A stretch of DNA of 54,065 bases, taken from the NCBI GenBank assembly GCA_000934665.2, contig JYFJ02002606.1, forward strand, positions 1-54,065, read 5' to 3'. Under the pieces are notes generated by a model, which made no database searches, had not been told where the DNA came from, and saw nothing but the letters and a program-made list of their open reading frames with translations. Both the position numbers and the translations under genes were made by a program. Positions 10,805 to 22,551 of this stretch are shown here, one piece after another. Origin of the DNA: Catajapyx aquilonaris. Taxonomy: Eukaryota. Numbering within the stretch: position 1 is the stretch's first letter; the number at the start of each line of letters is the position of its first letter.

Positions 10805-11666
10805 ATGGCAAAAAATCCATAACAATGTGAAAGAGGAAACCAGAGAAAGTGATGATGATGAGGAAGATGCTACTCCGATGATTAAGCAAGAGAGGCTCTC
10901 ACCAGTGCAAGACCAAGAGGGCAATGACGAAGATGAGTGGAACATTGGAGAAGTGGAGGTGAAGACTGAAGAGTTGGAGACAAAGAATGAAGACGAAGAG
11001 GAAATGTTGGTGGATGCTCCAAGCATCACCGAAGGAGTTGAAGACCCACTTGGCACAATTCCTGCAATGCCTGTAGAGCCTTCTAGTGAGCATTTTGTGT
11101 GCCTGTACTGCCACAAAATATTTGCTGACTTGAAAAACCTGGAGTGCCACAAGAGAAAACACATTGGACCTAGGCCATATAGTTGCAATATTTGTTACAA
11201 AACATTCCCTTGTAGCAGTGACATGATGAAGCACAAAAATATTCACAGCGGAATGAAGCCAATGGACTGTCCGGAGTGTGGGAAAACTTTCTCTTACCGC
11301 TTATCCTTGGCGAGGCACCGTAGAATTCACACTTTAGAGAAGCCGTACAAATGCGAAGTGTGTGACAAGTCATACACACGGAAGGATGTGCTAGTTATTC
11401 ATATGAGGACCCACACTGGGGAGAGACCATACAAATGTGACAAGTGTGACAAGTCGTTCACATGGAAGGATGGGCTAGATAATCACGTGAGAACCCATTC
11501 TGGTGAGAGACCATACAAATGTGCAGAGTGTGACAATAAGTCATACAGGCAGAGGAGTGGACTAATTAATCACATGAAGACCCATACAGAAGAGAGGCCA
11601 AAGAGTGCGAGAAGACTTTTTAATGCACTCAATGGTCAAGAGGCGCATTGCCATGAAGCACGGTGA
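10805..11666 (+). CDS. C2H2 zinc-finger protein, last exon (acidic linker plus 6 fingers); upstream exon(s) not identified
   Basis: Acceptor TTTCCCAG at 10804. Six CxxC-x12/13-HxxxH fingers with TGERPY/LEKPY linkers, preceded by an acidic IKQE/VKTEE linker. Confidence 0.88.
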
Positions 11667-11997
11667 ACTGCTCAATCTTCAGCACATAATATCTTCAAAG
11701 TGATGGAAACAACCAACTATGACAGTGTGACTTCACAATATTACTTCGGACATTAACATACTGCTAGCAGATTCCTAGGCACCTAGTTATCGGGAAATAA
11801 TTACACGGCATTTTGAAGGAGTGCCAGTCACTTTACCTTCACTACGCATTGCTGCCAGATAGGCTAGGGCAGGTTCTGGAGTGGTTAATTACAGTCACGT
11901 TGTTCCCAATTCTAGGAAGCATAATCAGAAATTTAGTTACATGACGCAGGTTTGATACACAGAAGAAGAGCACAGATTTACGCAGTGTGATGACATA

Positions 11998-12336
11998 ATG
12001 TTGGCGTATTGGTTGTTGCTGCTTCTTGTCCTGCAGGATTGTCATGGAGGTAGGGTGACACTGCGACAGGATGATGAGGAGGACCAGCTGCTGTTCAGGA
12101 TGGTCCTAGATCTGCCAGAAAACCAGCTTCACGACTGCGCGTTGGTGCTGTCCTTCGGCGAAGGATACTGGAAGAGTGCAAAAGTGTTCTCACACAAGAA
12201 TGGCAAACAAACAAAGGAAGAGAAAATAATCCCAGTAACTCTCAGTACTTCTGCAACAGAAAATGTCATTCAAGTCCTGGAATATTATCAACAGATGGGA
12301 TCAATGCACGTCATGAATGAAAATGAAAGGTTGTGA
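11998..12336 (+). pseudogene. Internally deleted IR duplicate (IR-B): N-terminal ~56 codons fused in frame to the C-terminal tail
   Basis: MLAYWLLLLLVLQDCHGGRVTLRQDDEEDQLL..LVLSFGEG joins directly to YWKSAKVFSHKNGKQTKEE. Its 5' flank (~11800-11950) and 3' flank (~12475-12630) match those of IR-D. Confidence 0.85.
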
Positions 12337-12866
12337 CGTTGAAGATTCCGTATGATGTACTGTGTACTGTAGGTAATGTTATTATCCTCAGTAGCTTCTG
12401 CTACACGGACTTTTGCGATCCAATTTTTATTGCCACATTCATCACTGTCAATATGGGCATACTATGTCCGTACACTACTTTCTCGTATCAATGAGAATCA
12501 ATATGTTGCGCAATCACTGAATGATTAACAACCTTGAATGTCAGGTGTAAGTACCGGGTTCCGGCAACCACACGACACTGCAGAATTATTTTTGACCTTT
12601 ACATGCTTAATAATATCTACGAACTGACAGTTGTATAGGGCGCCCATGTCTTGGGAATCGATTATCACATCTTGATGTACAGTCACACATTGCTATACCA
12701 GATAGTTAAGCTGGTTCGTGAGTGGATAAAATTACAGTATCGCCCTTGTTCCCACTTCTTGTACGTAGAAGGATCATTAATTATTGAGTTATATGACATA
12801 AGATTGCTACCGAGCAGAAGTATTGCGTGCAGGTGTTATGCAGTGTTCTTGCTACTGGAAGAAACA

Positions 12867-15022
12867 ATGTTGGCTTACAATCTTCTGGTGCTTCTTGTCC
12901 TGAAAGAGTGTCAGGGAGGTAGGGTGACACTGCGACAGGAAGATGAGGAGGACCAGCTGCTGTCCAGGATGGTCCTGGAGCTGCTGGTTAACCAGCTTCA
13001 GGACTGTTCACTGGTGCTGTCCTTGGGCGAAGGAGAGGACAGCACGAGAATGTCCGGACTGTTGACTGAACGAAATGGAGGGTACCACACGACGGTCACA
13101 CTCGGTGCAGGAAAGGACAACGCTTTCCGACCCAGACCATGGAACGAATACATCGGAATCACTGGTCCTGAGCAGATGCACTCCTTCACCACCATGCCTC
13201 CAGATATGATGTCCCAGGTGAACCTCGGAGACAAGTGTGTCCTGCACCTCTTGGTGTCCCACACTCCGTCCACCCTCCATGACCAGTTGGTTCAACTGGC
13301 AGGGACAGTCCGGGTTATAAACCTGGACGATCACTTCGTCCTGCACTTCCGCAACATGACTGATCAGACGAACAAGGATTTGCTTCTGGATCATCCAGCC
13401 AAAGGCATCCGGTACAAGATCATATCAAACAGGTACCTTTTCTAGTAATATTCATTTTTGTTAATATACGAGTATAAAACTGCACTCTTTTTGATATATG
13501 TGTCTATCATTTCAGAATCAATCAATCACAGAAGCAATTGAGAGTTGAAACGGTCTGCTTTTACTGTGACCATGGCCATCCGAACTGGATGACGCTGGGT
13601 AGCTATCCGGACAAATTCATTGTTCATGACATGTATCCGGACACTAGCAGAGACCTGCATGGGCGTACGATCAAGTTTGTCCACTTTGAATATGGAGACA
13701 CGGAGGCGTCACGTAAGAAGCTAAAAATATTTGGGCGCCTGTCCGTCACGTGGCTGCAGAAGGGTTTGCTCGCGTGGGAGGACACTTTCAATGGCAGGAT
13801 GAAGATCATAAGCCCTGATGACCCCACTCTGGGAAATTGGGACAAGATCCGTCCAAACGGAAGCTGGACGGGAACAGTTGGAGACATAATATCAGGAACA
13901 GCTGATTCGGGAATGGTGTACATCATGTCTGACCAGGTGGTCCGTTACGTGATATTCTCTCCGGCAGTTTATAATGCCTACATGACCTTCGTCACAGCCT
14001 TGCCCAGAAAGGTCATCTCCTGGAGCTTGCTGTTCGACCCATTTGATCCCCCACTGTGGGCATTGATCCTGGTAGCCTGGATCATATCAGGAGTGGCCTT
14101 GTGGATGATCATCCGTCGTTCAGGGGTGAAGATCAGCCTTGGATCAGCAACGGCCTCCCTCTTCAAGATGCTCATTGGACAGCCTCATGATCTTCCTCAA
14201 CTCACAGCATCTCGTGAGTTCGAAGGGGCAATGAGGCTCATGGCCATCATCGTCTCCTGCGGATACGTCACCAAACTGCTGGCCTTCTTGGCCGTGTTGT
14301 CCAAGGAGGAACTGCCCAAGACCTTGGGCCAGCTGGCCCAGGAAGGGTACGAGACACTAATACCCTACTCGAACCTCATAGTCGTCTCTCAGGTCGACGC
14401 CAACACACCTCACGAGGGGTTCATCAACCAATCATCAATCATTGCCAATGCTGAGGACTGCATGGTACATGTTGTGGACACTCCAAGAAAAGCTTGTCTG
14501 CTGTACAACTACTTTGTTGACCGAGATGAAGGTAAAATGAGAGACGACAATGGAAATCCTACCTTACAACTGGCGCCTGAACATGCTTACGTCGTGTATT
14601 CTGCAGTTGTATTCGGGAAGGGTATTGTTGAAATACCAAGGACTCTCATGTGTCTCACGAAGTTGGATGAAAGTGGGCTGTACGACCAGTGGAAGAGAGA
14701 GGACACCTTCAGCGCCTTCTGGACCAACCTTCAAAATATACGTCTCACAAAAGTTGTCACAAAGGCAGATCACGTGGAAGACGCTGTCAAGGCTGATAAT
14801 CTCATTGTTGTGTTTGCTTTATGGGTCACAGGAATATTCTTAGCTTCACTGTTATTCACCTTTGAGATTGTGTACTGGAAGAGTAAAGACATGTTCTCAC
14901 ACAATATTGGCAATAAATCAGACGAAGAGGTGACAATCCAAATCACCGCTCCAGTCACAGAGTTTGAATTACAAGAAGTGAGATGTTCACCACAGACAGT
15001 CCTACCTCAGTGTGATTATTAA
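12867..15022 (+). CDS. Divergent ionotropic receptor IR-C, 2 exons, ~690 aa
   Basis: Exons 12867-13432 and 13516-15022 (phase 2, same intron position as IR-A and IR-D); same IR motifs. Confidence 0.88.
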
Positions 15023-15103
15023 ACCATTATATTTCTGTGCGTTCTACACATTTGGACGAATTTTATCCATTTTATTAATACTGTACGTATGAACAAATAT
15101 GAG

Positions 15104-16558
15104 TCAATCAATTCGAATGTCTCCTATCTTTATGTGCAGATCATATGGACGAATCTTGTCTCTAAGTTGGTCCAGACATTCCTGAGTCAAGGTCATCTGG
15201 CATCTCAAGATTTCGAACTCCTCCAAGTATTCTCCAAAAAACTGAAAAGCTACTAAGGCCACATTTGCAGTCAGATTGATACTTTCAACTCTGAAGTGCT
15301 CCAGTTGTTTCATTGGGTTGACTCGAAGGATCTTGTAGATCAAACGGTTGTCCAGAGAGTCGCATCTTACTAGGAGACGCTGCAGCTTCTTACAACCTGA
15401 GAGCATACACTCCAAGTCAGCACTTTGGACATTTGTGTCTATATCTGTCACCAGGAGTTGCTGAAGTTTGCTGAACATTTTGTGACGCACACTTTGTATT
15501 GGTAGCATCCTGTTTCTGCTTAACACTAGGCTGTTCAATCCTGGAAACACATCAGCTATTTGAAGCACGTCTATGTCTGTGCACTCTACTATAGCTAGTT
15601 CAGTCACATGCTTCACACAATCACTGGTGATGTAGCTGAAAGAAGCTCGCACTCCTAATATGTCGAACAACGTCAGACTCACGAGGCTGTGAGCAAGCAG
15701 GTCTGTGAGCATCGACATTTTTAGAGGTGATGAGTCCGAAACGGTGAGGCTCTTCACGCATCTCATGTGTCCAGCAGGAGATGGATCGTCACACTTTACA
15801 ACGTTCAGATTGTCCAAGTTCGGAAAATGTGTGGATAGCGACACAAGTTCGTTCCCAATGACGTTATGTCCAACAAGGTCCTTCAAAAAGTACGTGTTTG
15901 AACAACTCTCCAGCAACTGCTGTTCCATGTACTTCCAAACTTGTAGAGACTCCAACTGAGGTACGCTGTCCAGGATGTGCATCACAGTTACTATGGACTG
16001 TCCATGGTAGATCACACTGACCCTCTTCAGGTTTGGACAGTTCAGAGTCACATGCTCAGTGGACATGTCCCACACAAACGACAACTCCTCTAGATTCGGG
16101 CAGAACCTCAGGTTCTGGAACAATGTGCCGTCTGTAACTTCAGTCTGAAGATGAAGCGACTTCATCTTCGGAAGATGCTGTAGCTTCTGACACACCTTAG
16201 AAGCTGTGTTCCAATCACCTCTTCCAACTACAAGGCGAGTCAAACCTGTCATTTGGTCCAGATTGTCCACTATCTGCATGGCCACGTGTTTCGAGAGGAT
16301 GTCTGTGTCCACGTTGAGGTGTGTGCAACTCGTGATGCTCAGAGGGCCTCGGATGTTAATCTTGTTCAGATCACGTATCCAGATGGTCCTAAGAAGATGA
16401 TGGACGAACTGGTTGGCCATGATGGTTGGCAGTTGCTGGCAGTACCGCTGGATGTCCAACTGTCCATTTGGCTGTCTCTCACAGGCGCTCACAACAGTGC
16501 TTACAATCGTCTTCATGGAGAGGAACTGCAGAGGACTTGGTGTCTTTGGTCGTGGCAT
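15104..16558 (-). CDS. RNI-like leucine-rich-repeat protein with a putative N-terminal BC-box/Cul2-box (~484 aa, single coding exon)
   Basis: Repeated LxxLxL units (LPKMKSLHL, CPNLEELSF, CPNLKRVSV, FPNLDNLNV, FPGLNSLVL, FSKLQQLLV, CKKLQRLLV). N-terminus MPRPKTPSPLQFLSMKTIV. A probable 5'UTR intron lies upstream (acceptor ~16574, donor ~16645). Confidence 0.72.
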   Translation of the reverse strand: MPRPKTPSPLQFLSMKTIVSTVVSACERQPNGQLDIQRYCQQLPTIMANQFVHHLLRTIWIRDLNKINIRGPLSITSCTHLNVDTDILSKHVAMQIVDNLDQMTGLTRLVVGRGDWNTASKVCQKLQHLPKMKSLHLQTEVTDGTLFQNLRFCPNLEELSFVWDMSTEHVTLNCPNLKRVSVIYHGQSIVTVMHILDSVPQLESLQVWKYMEQQLLESCSNTYFLKDLVGHNVIGNELVSLSTHFPNLDNLNVVKCDDPSPAGHMRCVKSLTVSDSSPLKMSMLTDLLAHSLVSLTLFDILGVRASFSYITSDCVKHVTELAIVECTDIDVLQIADVFPGLNSLVLSRNRMLPIQSVRHKMFSKLQQLLVTDIDTNVQSADLECMLSGCKKLQRLLVRCDSLDNRLIYKILRVNPMKQLEHFRVESINLTANVALVAFQFFGEYLEEFEILRCQMTLTQECLDQLRDKIRPYDLHIKIGDIRID

Positions 16559-17885
16559 TGTCTTCACACTGACCTGAGATAAGGACTAACTAATGGCAAG
16601 TCTAAGTTTGCACATATAGCTAGATAATTGTTGTCACAGACTTACCTTATTAGTACGGAGCTTGAATATTGTTTGATCAGAAATCTGTCGATGAGATTAT
16701 CCCACAGCTGTAATTAGATTCATTGTTACCATGCATATCAATAGTAACCGCGAACGATATAAACAATCATTACCTGTAAGAGCCAGATACTTTGCACTGC
16801 AAAGTAAAAGTGAGCTTTCCCAACTGTTACATCCAGACAAGCCTTTATATTGACATGATGCATGTGATGAGTAAGGGTGACCATGAGTGAACATGTGTCA
16901 AGGGTTACAAGAATAGTCAGGCAGTGATTCGCAAGTCATATACAGTGTGACAATGACATAGTGAATCAGATATTACAATTTTACTATCACAGTCAGAGAT
17001 AATGAACAACTCCTAATGTAACTGATAACTAATAGAAAAATTTCCATGTAAATTTTTATTTAAATAATTCGTGCCCCTGTATGTTACTGACCTGCCTATA
17101 CTTGGAGGTGTGTAAATATATTGTTGAACAAGTGAGTTGTTGACATCGTAGCTCCTTTGATCCTGCGGTGTGTCTCTCATTACTCGACACGCTCCGGCAT
17201 ACATGACAGTACTTATTATATTATTAATATTATCGATCGTATTCTTGGAAAACAACAGGTGACTCTGTTGCGCTCTGTTGCATATATGAACTGACATATT
17301 CAAATTTCGGATTAGAAACATCTCCACTAGTAAAAACGGACGAAGCAAGTCGTGATTTCACATAATATACCGATTTTCTGTCAAATATTAACCCAAACGA
17401 AAGGAATTTGCACGATCAAATAATTTTGCAGTTCACAGTGTATTGTGTTGGATTCTATTTAATGTGACAAACGTTAACAGCAACATCTGATAATTATTTT
17501 TCGAAGTAGTAATTGGCAAACAATATTTTGCGTAGTGCCCACGTGTATATCAATATTTGCAACACTGAGTCCCAGGTGTATGACTGGAGCGGCTGCCAAC
17601 GACAACACTGATACCCCATCATTATTACTGGCAATAGCATGATCTCGGGACTGATAGTAAGGCGCTCCGTTCTCGAGAAACAATTATCACAACATTTTGA
17701 AGGGCTAACAGTCACTTTACCTTCACCACACATTGCTGCCAGCTAGTCTAAAGCCGGTTCTGGAGTGGTTAATTACAGTCCAGTTGTTTCCAATTCTAGG
17801 AAGGATAATCAACTATTTAGTTACATGACGTCATGACGAAGGTTTGTTTATCTAGAGGTACAGTGCTACGCAGTTGGAGGAAACA

Positions 17886-20012
17886 ATGCTGGCTTGCAGT
17901 CTGCTGTTGCTTCTTGCTCTGCAGAACTGTCAGGGAGGTAGTGTGAATCTGCTGCAAGAAGATGAGGAGGACCAGCTGGTGTCCAGGATGGTCCTGGAGC
18001 TGCTGGAGAACCAGCTTCAGGACTGCTCGTTGGTGCTGTCCTTGGGCGAAGGAGAGGACAGCTCGAGTTTGTCCGGACTGTTGACTGAACGAAATGGAGG
18101 GTACCACACGACGGTCACACTCGGTGAAGGAAAGGACAACGCGTTTCGACCCAAACCATGGAACGAATACATCGGAATCACTGGTCCTGAGCAGATGCAC
18201 TCCTTCACCACCATGCCTCCAGACATGATGTCCCAAGTACCAGCCGGAGGAACATATTGTGTCCTGCACCTCTTGGTGTCCCACACTCCGTCCACCCTGC
18301 CTGACCAGCTGGTTCAACTGGCAGGGACAGTCCGGGTCAGGAATCTGCACGACCACTTCGTTCTTCACTTTCGCAACATAACTGCGCAAAACAAAGATAT
18401 GCTACTGGATAATCCAGCCAGAGGCATCCGGTACAAGATCATATCAAACAGGTACTGTTTTCTTTTTAAAAAAATCACATTTTTGCTAAAGTTCGAGAGC
18501 AAGCTTGCACTCTTATCGATGACTGGATCCTTATTTTTCAGAACTAATCAAGCAAGAATGTCCGGAAAGCAGTTGACACTTGAGACCGTGTGCTTCTACT
18601 GCGATCACGGACATCCCAACTGGATGACTCTGGGCAGCTATCCGGACAGATTCCCACTTGGAGATGTGTATCCGGACACTAGCGGAGACCTGCACGGAAG
18701 TACGATCAATTTCGCCCACATTGAATTCCATGACACGTCGTTGGCACGTAAAATCCTGAATTTATTTGGGCGGCTGTACCTCACTTCGCTTCAGAAGATG
18801 TACCTCACGTGGGAGGACACCTTCAACGCAAGGATGAAGGTCATAGACGTAGATGACCCCAAGACGGAACAGTGGGACAAGATGAGACCAAACGGAAGCT
18901 GGGTGGGGTCAGTCGGACAAATACTGTCCGGAGAAGCCACTGCTGGATTGATGTACTTCATGTCTGACCAGGCCGTCCGGTACGTGCTATTTTCTCCGGC
19001 AGTCCTTAATTTTTACATGACATTCGTCACAGCCTTGCCCAGAAAGGTCATCTCTTGGAGCTTGCTGTTCGACCCATTCGATCTCTCACTGTGGGCATTG
19101 ATCCTGGTGACCTGGATCATATCAGGAGTGGCCATGTGGATGATCATCCGTCGCTCAGGAGTGAATATCAGCCTGGGATCAGCAACAGCATCTCTCTTCA
19201 AGATGCTCATTGGACAGCCTCATGATCTTCCTCAACTCACAGCATCTCGTGAGTTCGAAGGGGCAATGAGGCTCATGGCCATCATCGTCTCCTGCGGGTA
19301 CGTCACCAAACTGCTGGCCTTCTTGGCCGTGCTGTCCAAGGAGGAACTGCCCAGGACCTTGGGTCAGCTGGCTCAGGAAGGGTACGAGACACTGATACCC
19401 TACTCAAACCTGGTGGTCGTCTCTCAGATCTACGCCAACACCCCTTACGAAGATCTCATCAACCAATCATCAATCATGACCAATTCCGAGGATTGCATGG
19501 CACAAGTGGTCGACACTCCAAGAAAAGCATGTCTACTGTACAACTACTTTGTTGACCGAGACGAAGGCAAATTGAGAGATGAGAACGGAGACCCCACCTT
19601 GCAAGTGGCTCCTGAACATGCATACAACGTGTATACTTCTGTTGTCTGCGACAAGGGTATCGTTGCGGTACCAAGAGCTCTCATGTTTCTCATGAAGCTG
19701 TGGGAGAGTGACCTCTACAACCAGTGGAAGAGAGAGGACACCTTACGCGATTTGTGGGCCAACCGTCCCATAATGCGTCTTGCAGAAGATGGTCCAAAGG
19801 ACTATCGCAGGGAAAACGCAGCCAAAGCTGAAAATCTTCTCGTTGTGTGTGTTTTCTGGATCACCGGAATGTCTCTTGCTGCACTGGCATTCACCTTTGA
19901 GCTTGGATACTGGAAGAGTTCAAAAGTGTTCTCACGCAAGAATGGCGAACAAACAAAGGAAGAGGTAATAATCCCAGTAACACATTCATCAGAATCAGTA
20001 CTTCAACTATAG
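17886..20012 (+). CDS. Divergent ionotropic receptor IR-D, 2 exons, ~678 aa
   Basis: Exons 17886-18451 and 18542-20012. The 90-nt intron is at the conserved position but is stop-free, which explains the 712-aa ORF in the track. Confidence 0.88.
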   Translation: MLACSLLLLLALQNCQGGSVNLLQEDEEDQLVSRMVLELLENQLQDCSLVLSLGEGEDSSSLSGLLTERNGGYHTTVTLGEGKDNAFRPKPWNEYIGITGPEQMHSFTTMPPDMMSQVPAGGTYCVLHLLVSHTPSTLPDQLVQLAGTVRVRNLHDHFVLHFRNITAQNKDMLLDNPARGIRYKIISNRYCFLFKKITFLLKFESKLALLSMTGSLFFRTNQARMSGKQLTLETVCFYCDHGHPNWMTLGSYPDRFPLGDVYPDTSGDLHGSTINFAHIEFHDTSLARKILNLFGRLYLTSLQKMYLTWEDTFNARMKVIDVDDPKTEQWDKMRPNGSWVGSVGQILSGEATAGLMYFMSDQAVRYVLFSPAVLNFYMTFVTALPRKVISWSLLFDPFDLSLWALILVTWIISGVAMWMIIRRSGVNISLGSATASLFKMLIGQPHDLPQLTASREFEGAMRLMAIIVSCGYVTKLLAFLAVLSKEELPRTLGQLAQEGYETLIPYSNLVVVSQIYANTPYEDLINQSSIMTNSEDCMAQVVDTPRKACLLYNYFVDRDEGKLRDENGDPTLQVAPEHAYNVYTSVVCDKGIVAVPRALMFLMKLWESDLYNQWKREDTLRDLWANRPIMRLAEDGPKDYRRENAAKAENLLVVCVFWITGMSLAALAFTFELGYWKSSKVFSRKNGEQTKEEVIIPVTHSSESVLQL

Positions 20013-20643
20013 GTCCGTAGCATTACTTTCTTTGATCAATGATAATAATCAATATTTTGCGCAATCACTGTATGATTAACAACCTTGAATGTCAGGTGTA
20101 AGTACCGGCTTCCGGCAACCGTATGGCACTCCAGAATTATTTTTGACCTTTACATGCTTAATAAAGAACTGACAGTTTTTGGTACGGTAATCGATGATGT
20201 ATTGATGTACCGGTACAGTCACCTTACCTACACTTAGCATGTACACTTTACAATTTTACTCTCACAGTCAGCTAATGAACAAATCTATTACTCGTAACTG
20301 ATGACAAATAGAAAATTTTGTATTGTAAATTTTTATTGAAATAATTCCTGGCCCTGTAAGGTCATGTTGCTTCCATATGTTATACTGACCTTCCTATACT
20401 TGGAGGTGTTCGAATTGTTGAACAAGTGAGTTGTTGACATCGTAGCTCCTTTGATCCTGCAGGTATGTCTGTCATTACCCGACACGCTCCGGTACATGAC
20501 AGTACATAGATTATTATCGATCATATTCTTTGAAAACAACAAGAAGTGACTCTGTGGCGCTCTGTGGTCAGGATGTTTCACAATATTTTCTTACGCTGAA
20601 AGAGACAGTCCGGTTGCCCCATTGCGGGACAATTATTTAAATT

Positions 20644-22520
20644 ATGTTTCCTTTTGGACTTGTTGTTTATTGTTGCTTCAACATTGCGGGAGCTCTCGTA
20701 CATATACAGTCTGTAAATGGGACAGACGATCGAATCCCTCAGTTTGTCATCAATATTCTTGGACATGACCTCGTCATGGACATGGAGTGTCCACTGGCCA
20801 TCACCCACGACTGGGACGGACCAATCCCTCAGAGTCTGGACACACTCCTGTCCAGCATGTCATATTCTGGACGACCCCTGGTCATCAGGGCAAGTTCTCG
20901 GAGCACCTGGGATTGCCAACCGACATCTAGAGACAATGCGGCCGTGTTCAGAGAGCCATACCGCGCATCCAAGTGTCTGGTGCACATGGTTGTGACATGC
21001 CAGGACACCTACGAGGACATGATGGACATCATTTTGGACCCGGACGAAGGGATGCTCGGAGTGAGGAAGACAAAGGACCGGTTCGTGTTCTGGATACGGG
21101 ACTCGACTCGTCCGGATTTCATGATGGACAAACCGGCCTCGCAGTTCAAGTACAAGGTGTCGCTGAGTACAGGAGGAGCCAACGGTGCTCTCAAGGCACA
21201 CTCGGTGTGCTTCTTCTGCGACCAAGGAGAACCACAGATCGAATCAGTGTCTGGGGACAGTTTGTTCAGAGACACTGCAGAGGACTTACATGGGAAACAC
21301 CTAGAAGGTGTGTACATGTGGGACAATATAGACGACAAGTGCATCGGCGGAGACTTACTCGATGTCCACATGTGCTTCTTAGGTCAAGCCATGAACTTCA
21401 AATGGCATATGACCGAGGTTGATTTCGACTCAATCCTTTCCGATGCTGGCAGAAGCCTCGATCTGATGGAAGATTTTCAATCAGGAAAAGTAGCCTTCAT
21501 ACCAAAGGCCCCTGTGTTAGACCTGATATACCAACTGTTTGACTGTGCTACACCTCACGGTGCATACAGATACACGTTCATAGCACGTAAACCACGAGCA
21601 CTAATTACGCCATTAATTTTAGTAATGCCCTTCTCACTTACGACTTGGTGCATGTTGATTGCATCTTTTTTGATGGAGGTTGGATTTTTTTCATTGATCG
21701 CCAAGTTTCATAGAAGACATGGAGTATTTAGCCTACTCCGTTCAATTCAACTGTGGCTATTTTTAAATATTTGGCGAAAATTGTTGTGGAGCAGTTTCCT
21801 CCTTCTCCTTCATCATCATCGTACAGAATGTTCCTGATGTTCTGGGTATATTTTTGCACAATTTTTTGCACCGGATACAAAAGCAAGTTGTTCGACAAGC
21901 TTATTTTTCCACCATTAGAAATAATTCCTAGGGACATACATGAACTGACGTATTCCAATTTCGCCATAGAAACGTCTCCAATAGTGAAAATGTTTATGGA
22001 CGAAGCAAGTAGTGATTTCAAAGACACATATTCCGCTTTCTTGTCAAAAATAAATGTTGTAGATCGGATCGTGACACGCTCTGAGGACATTACGACAGGT
22101 GATGTTGTGATCCTGGAAGCCGATCCTGTTCTGGAGGATATCTCTTTTGTATTATCTATTGAAGGCATTGGTGAGACTCTAACATCAAGTGACACCATGG
22201 CTCTTGTACACACATCTTTGATCGTACTCAAGGACAGCATTTACTCTGAGAACATTAACAAATGGATGCATGTGTTCAACAGCATCGGTTTGGAGTTGTA
22301 TCGGAAGAGTTTGAAGAGACATGAACTATCGTTGTATGCTTCTAAAATGAAGGAGATGAGGAAGTTGTACACTTCGGACAGAAACGATGTGCAGTTCACA
22401 TGGCGTCATGTCGAAGGATCTTTCTTGATTCTGTTCATTGGATGTATGGCAGGATTGGTTGCACTTTTGCGAGAACTGTGCTCTGTTTGTAAGCGAAAAC
22501 GGCATCCATTTCTACCCTAG
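20644..22520 (+). pseudogene. Intronless divergent IR (IR-E) with one frameshift after M1 (pseudogene or sequence error)
   Basis: ORF 20644-21837 carries the signal peptide, CFFCDQG, DLHGKHL and LVMPFSLTTW-M1. ORF 21753-22520 carries IVVEQ, M3 GYKSKLF, S2 and M4. A -1 frame change occurs at ~21730-21755, with no room for an intron. Confidence 0.78.
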
Positions 22521-22551
22521 GCTTCTGACCACACAATCAGTCAATACCCAT

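Noticed and set aside
17874..20012. Single-exon 712-aa IR
   Set aside because: Contains a GT-AG intron at the position conserved in IR-A and IR-C.
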